In this document: positions 60,121 through 64,000 of the stretch, one piece after another | Layout: the number at the start of each line of letters is the position of its first letter | Position numbering within the stretch: the first letter of the stretch is position 1 | Source: Bacteriovoracia bacterium | Lineage (GTDB): Bacteria > Bdellovibrionota > UBA1018 > CAIPTA01 | Reading direction: 5' to 3' | Assembly (NCBI GenBank): GCA_050246755.1 | Contig: JBFWVL010000002.1 | Coordinates: 328,207 to 392,206, forward strand | DNA: 64,000 nt | Translations under genes and position numbers: made by a program | The notes under the pieces: model-generated | What the model saw: the letters and a program-made list of their open reading frames with translations, nothing else | Database searches by the model: none | What the model was told of the DNA's origin: nothing

Positions 60121-61557
60121 ATGACGAGGGAAGATGTTTATTACGAGGCCATGAAAGCCCGGGACCACCGGTTCGACGGGAAGTTCTTCGTGGGGGTCAA
60201 AACCACGGGTATCTACTGCCGGCCCATCTGCCCCGCCAAACCGAAGCGCCAAAATATAGAATTTTTCCAAAACCATATCGAAGCCGAGCGGGCGGGATAC
60301 CGGCCTTGCCTGCGCTGCCGCCCCGAAAGCGCGCCCGAGAGCCCGGCCTGGATAGGAAAATCGGCGGTGGTGAAGAGGGCGGTGAAGGTGCTCTACCACC
60401 AGGACACCATCCGCTTCCACGAAGACCGGTTTGCCGCCATGTTCGGCGTATCCGCCCGCCACCTCCGGCGCTTATTCGTGGAAGAAATCGGCAAAACCCC
60501 CAAGCAGCTTTCGGCCGAAAACCGCCTCAATCTCGCGCGCAAGCTATTGAGCGAAACCGATCTGCCTATTTCCCAAACCGCCTACGCCGCGGGATTCGGC
60601 TCGGTCCGCCGCTTCAACGATGCCTTTCTCCAGCGTTTCAAAAAAAGCCCGGGCGAAATCCGGCGCAGTCCCATTTCGAAAAGTGGCTTGGTGGTTTCGT
60701 TGCCGTATCGCCCGCCCTTCGACTTCGCCGGCCTTTTGCACTTTTATAAAACCCACCAGACCGGGAGTCTCGAATGGTTCGAGGGGGAAACCATGCACCG
60801 GGTGATTACCTTCGGCAAAAAATCCGGCGAGGTCGCGGTCTCGAACGATCCCTTGAAGTCGCGACTGCTGGTGGAAATAAACTTTCCCGATACCTCGATA
60901 ATCCATGCGGTGGTTTCCCGGGTAAGAACCATGTTCGACCTCGACTCCGATCCCGTGGTGGTGGCCAACGCCCTCGAGATTGACCCGAAGGTGAAGGCCA
61001 TTTTAAAAAAACACCCCGGTATCCGCTTGCCCTCGGGTTGGGATCCTTTCGAAGTGGCCATCTCGGCTATCCTGGGCCAGTTCGTGAGCGTGGAGCGGGG
61101 GAGGGCGCTAGTGAGTGATCTCATCGAGCTCTTGGGGGACGATTCGGGAATCGTGGGGAACGGAAAAAAAGTGAAGCTATTTCCGAGCCCCGGAAAAATC
61201 GCGGCCTCCGAATTGACCAGCCTCAAAACCACCGGCGCCAGAAAACGCACGCTGCGGGCCTTTGCCGAATCGGTGGCCCAAAAACGAATTTCGCTCGAGC
61301 CCACCCAGGATGTAGAAAAATTCCTCCAGAGAATCCTCGCGGTTCCGGGAATCGGCCCCTGGACCGCAAGCTACATGGCCCTCAAGGTGATCCGCCATAC
61401 CGACGCTTTTCCCGAAACAGATTTGATCCTCGCGCGCGCCCTGGAGCTACACCCGAAAGAAACCATAAGCCGGATGAGCCCCTGGCGCGGATATGCCGCG
61501 GTACTTTTCTGGCGGGAATATTCCCAAACTTTGAAAAAGATCAAAACGGCTAACTGA
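60121..61557 (+). CDS. alkA: Ada-AlkA fusion: Ada Zn domain, AraC HTH, AlkA_N, HhH glycosylase
   Basis: TTGIYCRPIC, YRPCLRCRP, GFGSVRRFN, PYRPPFD, PGIGPWTA, DAFP..D. Confidence 0.92.
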   Translation: MTREDVYYEAMKARDHRFDGKFFVGVKTTGIYCRPICPAKPKRQNIEFFQNHIEAERAGYRPCLRCRPESAPESPAWIGKSAVVKRAVKVLYHQDTIRFHEDRFAAMFGVSARHLRRLFVEEIGKTPKQLSAENRLNLARKLLSETDLPISQTAYAAGFGSVRRFNDAFLQRFKKSPGEIRRSPISKSGLVVSLPYRPPFDFAGLLHFYKTHQTGSLEWFEGETMHRVITFGKKSGEVAVSNDPLKSRLLVEINFPDTSIIHAVVSRVRTMFDLDSDPVVVANALEIDPKVKAILKKHPGIRLPSGWDPFEVAISAILGQFVSVERGRALVSDLIELLGDDSGIVGNGKKVKLFPSPGKIAASELTSLKTTGARKRTLRAFAESVAQKRISLEPTQDVEKFLQRILAVPGIGPWTASYMALKVIRHTDAFPETDLILARALELHPKETISRMSPWRGYAAVLFWREYSQTLKKIKTAN

Positions 61558-61578
61558 TAACTGTCAACGGAGTACCCC

Positions 61579-62061
61579 ATGCCCACCCAATGGAAATTTG
61601 ATTCAGAAATCGGTCCGCTCTACCTCGTGGCCTCAGAAAAAGGCCTCCAGGGGGTTTTCTGGCGAAAACACGCCTCAGCCCCTACGGTGAAAAACCTGGA
61701 AGGCAACGGCCCGGAAATTAAAATACTCGCGTCCACTCACGCCCAGTTACTGGAATATTTCTCGGGAAAAAGAAAAAAGTTCGAACTCACTTTCGATATT
61801 CAGGGCACCGATTTTCAGAAAAAAGTATGGGCCCAGCTCGCGAAAATTCCCTACGGAGAAACCACGTCGTATCGCGATATCGCCCAGAAAATAAAAAATG
61901 CCAAAGCGGTTAGGGCGGTGGGCACCGCCAACGGAAGAAACCCCCTTAGCATCATCGTTCCTTGCCACCGGGTGATCGCGGCCAACGGAACCCTAGGCGG
62001 TTACGCGGGGGGCCTGCCGGTAAAAACCAGGCTTTTAGAGATCGAGCGAAAAAAGAGGTGA
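61579..62061 (+). CDS. ogt: O6-methylguanine-DNA methyltransferase
   Basis: GTDFQ, IPYG, RAVG.AN..NP, PCHRV. Confidence 0.95.
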   Translation: MPTQWKFDSEIGPLYLVASEKGLQGVFWRKHASAPTVKNLEGNGPEIKILASTHAQLLEYFSGKRKKFELTFDIQGTDFQKKVWAQLAKIPYGETTSYRDIAQKIKNAKAVRAVGTANGRNPLSIIVPCHRVIAANGTLGGYAGGLPVKTRLLEIERKKR

Positions 62062-62063
62062 GC

Positions 62064-62399
62064 TTATTCCCCGGTTTCCGAGGCTAGGTTCATTTTGCAA
62101 GACTCGATGATTCCAGGAATTAAATAGACGCCTTTCACGCTACCGCCCAGGATGAGCACCTCTAGGCAGTCCTTCTTCGCATCTTTCCCGCGCGGGCCGT
62201 CCTTCACGAAACCCGCCTGAACGCAGGCATTCGTGATCACCCGGCAAGGGCCGGTATTTTTTTGTTTAGGCCTCTTCCGCCGGTACTTTTCCATCTCGGA
62301 TTCTTTTTTTTCCGAATCCCGCGGCTTCGCTTCCGCCGGCAAAGAAGGGGCGAGCGCTAAAAAGCCCAAAACCAGCAACGAATGGAACAAGTATTTCAT
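62064..62399 (-). CDS. Small secreted 4-Cys protein
   Basis: Signal peptide AEA; PC...ACVQAGF...DC...C. Confidence 0.6.
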   Translation of the reverse strand: MKYLFHSLLVLGFLALAPSLPAEAKPRDSEKKESEMEKYRRKRPKQKNTGPCRVITNACVQAGFVKDGPRGKDAKKDCLEVLILGGSVKGVYLIPGIIESCKMNLASETGE

Positions 62400-62518
62400 T
62401 CCCTTATTTTACAAAAAATATTGCCGCTACGCAGTGAAAATATCGGAATGCGACGTAAATGCTCATCGCCCCCTCATTTTTCCCCCCTCTTTCCCTCGAA
62501 CGGAGCTAGGATCGAATC

Positions 62519-63886
62519 ATGCTGGGATTTGATCGCAAGTTACTCTCCGCGCTCTTTTTACTCATGCTGCTCTTTGTACCACTTTTGGCAGGGGCTCTTT
62601 ACTCCTTGCGTAAAGTGGTTTCCGACCAGGACGAGCTCATTTCGATTTACGCCGAGGAGCTCTTACTGGCCCGCGATCTACGGCGTTACGTGAGTGAGCA
62701 GAACGCCGCCATGCCGGTCTACGTGCTCACCGGAGATCCGGCCGTATTGCGCAACTTTGAAGAAGCCCACCTGAATTTTCTTTCCACGCTTACGGCCCTA
62801 GAGAAAATGGCCAATGAGTCGGCGAGCCGCCCCATGCTCGAACAGATCCGGCGGGCCCAGGAAAGCCTGCATGCGAAAGCCGCACCCGGGATTGCGCTGA
62901 AGAAAAAGGGACAGTCGGTAAAAAAGGTAAACGCTTACTTCCGGAGCGTTTCCGGATCCGGGGCTCTCTCGCTTTCGGAAAAACTAGATGACTTCGTACG
63001 TTTTACCACCGATGCGTACGAAAAAGAAAAAAGCGGTAATATCCGCACCTCGCGGCGGATCGTAAGAATCATCGGGATCGCCTCGGCCCTTTCGATATTT
63101 TTCGCACTGCTGGTGGGCGCGCTGCTGCTCAACTTGATTCGCCAGCGACGCAGTTACGATCAGACCATGCGGCTCCTGGCGAGCAAGGAAAGCCAGCTCT
63201 CGAATGCGCGAAAAGAAATCGTGGAAGTGGTAGCCCATGACCTGAAAAATCCGCTGGCCAGTATTAAAATGAATACCCAGATCGCGCTGCGAAAAATAGA
63301 GGGAGATCCGGACAAAGGCGACATCAAGAAAAGCCTCGAAGCGAATCTTAAATCGGCTAATTCCATGCACCGGCTTATCGATGAACTGCTCGATCACGCA
63401 AAGATCGAGTCCGGCACCTTTTCTCTCCGTAAAACCGAGGTCCGCCTCGAATCTTTCCTGAAAAACATTGCCGAGCGCTTTCTGCCCTTGGCTCAGGCCA
63501 AAAAAATCCGCCTCGAATTCGATGTTTCTGAAAAGATACCGCCGGCAACTATCGACGAGGGACGCATGGAGCAGGTGGTTTCCAACCTCGTAGGAAATGC
63601 GCTGAAATTCACTCCCCCCGACGGTAAAATCCAGCTTACCGCGCGCTTTAAGACCGAAGAATTCTTGCTCAGCGTAACCGATACGGGCTCCGGCATGACG
63701 CGTGAGCAAACCCAGCACGTGTTTGACCGGTATTGGCAGGTGCGCGAAACGGCTAGCCAAGGCACGGGCCTGGGCCTAACTATATCCAAGGCAATCGTGA
63801 AAGCCCACGGGGGAAGGATTTGGGTGGAGAGCGAGCCAGGGATTGGCTCTGCTTTCTACGTTTCGCTTCCAAACCGGTCTACATGA
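62519..63886 (+). CDS. Sensor histidine kinase with CHASE3-like periplasmic domain
   Basis: 2 TM; YVLTGD; AHDLKNPL, NLVGNALKFT, DTGSG, GTGLGL. Confidence 0.92.
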   Translation: MLGFDRKLLSALFLLMLLFVPLLAGALYSLRKVVSDQDELISIYAEELLLARDLRRYVSEQNAAMPVYVLTGDPAVLRNFEEAHLNFLSTLTALEKMANESASRPMLEQIRRAQESLHAKAAPGIALKKKGQSVKKVNAYFRSVSGSGALSLSEKLDDFVRFTTDAYEKEKSGNIRTSRRIVRIIGIASALSIFFALLVGALLLNLIRQRRSYDQTMRLLASKESQLSNARKEIVEVVAHDLKNPLASIKMNTQIALRKIEGDPDKGDIKKSLEANLKSANSMHRLIDELLDHAKIESGTFSLRKTEVRLESFLKNIAERFLPLAQAKKIRLEFDVSEKIPPATIDEGRMEQVVSNLVGNALKFTPPDGKIQLTARFKTEEFLLSVTDTGSGMTREQTQHVFDRYWQVRETASQGTGLGLTISKAIVKAHGGRIWVESEPGIGSAFYVSLPNRST

Positions 63887-63900
63887 TTGTTGATTTTTCG

Positions 63901-63917
63901 TTGGCCAGGAACTTGCT
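63901..63917 (+). promoter_or_regulatory. Possible sigma54 promoter for a gene beyond the window
   Basis: TTGGCCAGGAACTTGCT (GG-N10-GC). Confidence 0.45.
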
Positions 63918-64000
63918 TTTGCCGGGCGCATGCATCGCCCAGAGTGCCCTAAATGTGAGATAGAGCGGCTTCCCCGTAGTGGAATCGTACGCTACGGCGT

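Noticed and set aside
63976-63990. GTAG-N7-GTAC as a further LexA box
   Set aside because: Half-site mismatch, spacer does not fit the ATTYKTM consensus, and the downstream gene is outside the window
1-64000. CRISPR array, rRNA, IS elements, retron/RT, known defence systems
   Set aside because: No regularly spaced repeats or diagnostic motifs noticed on manual reading

Overview
64-kb chromosomal window from a compact Gram-negative genome. The gene content (TIGR02147/DUF4423 regulator facing a GGxxGGG-motif secreted protein, RedB/RedC-like pair, many Cys-rich secreted orphans) points to a Bdellovibrionota/Oligoflexia-like organism; this is inference. Core genes: gpmA, rocD, ppsR, miaA, mutL, rsmI, accD, lptD, surE, mgsA, rsuA-like, tRNA-Arg(CCT). 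Other modules: a CHASE2 adenylate cyclase / GAF-HD-GYP / class II PDE operon, a surface-glycosylation cluster, ada-alkA/ogt, and an SOS region (SRAP, lexA, imuA paralog plus a stand-alone ImuB C-terminal domain, and a complete imuA-imuB-dnaE2). Best candidate for an undescribed system: three dispersed copies (40.1-41.5, 47.4-48.6, 50.4-51.6 kb) of a two-gene cassette. Each has a small, Cys-rich secreted M15-type Zn peptidase followed by a ~235-aa secreted partner with an invariant C-x12-C-x12-C and a C-terminal NR[DE]SDV[ST]G...KK motif. Also notable: a candidate LexA operator GTAC-N7-GT[A/G]C in the lexA and imuA promoters, frequent leaderless gene starts, an orphan terminase-small-subunit-like gene and an AT-rich ART-like secreted protein. 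I saw no CRISPR array, rRNA, integrase or transposase. All calls come from reading motifs by eye; no searches were run.
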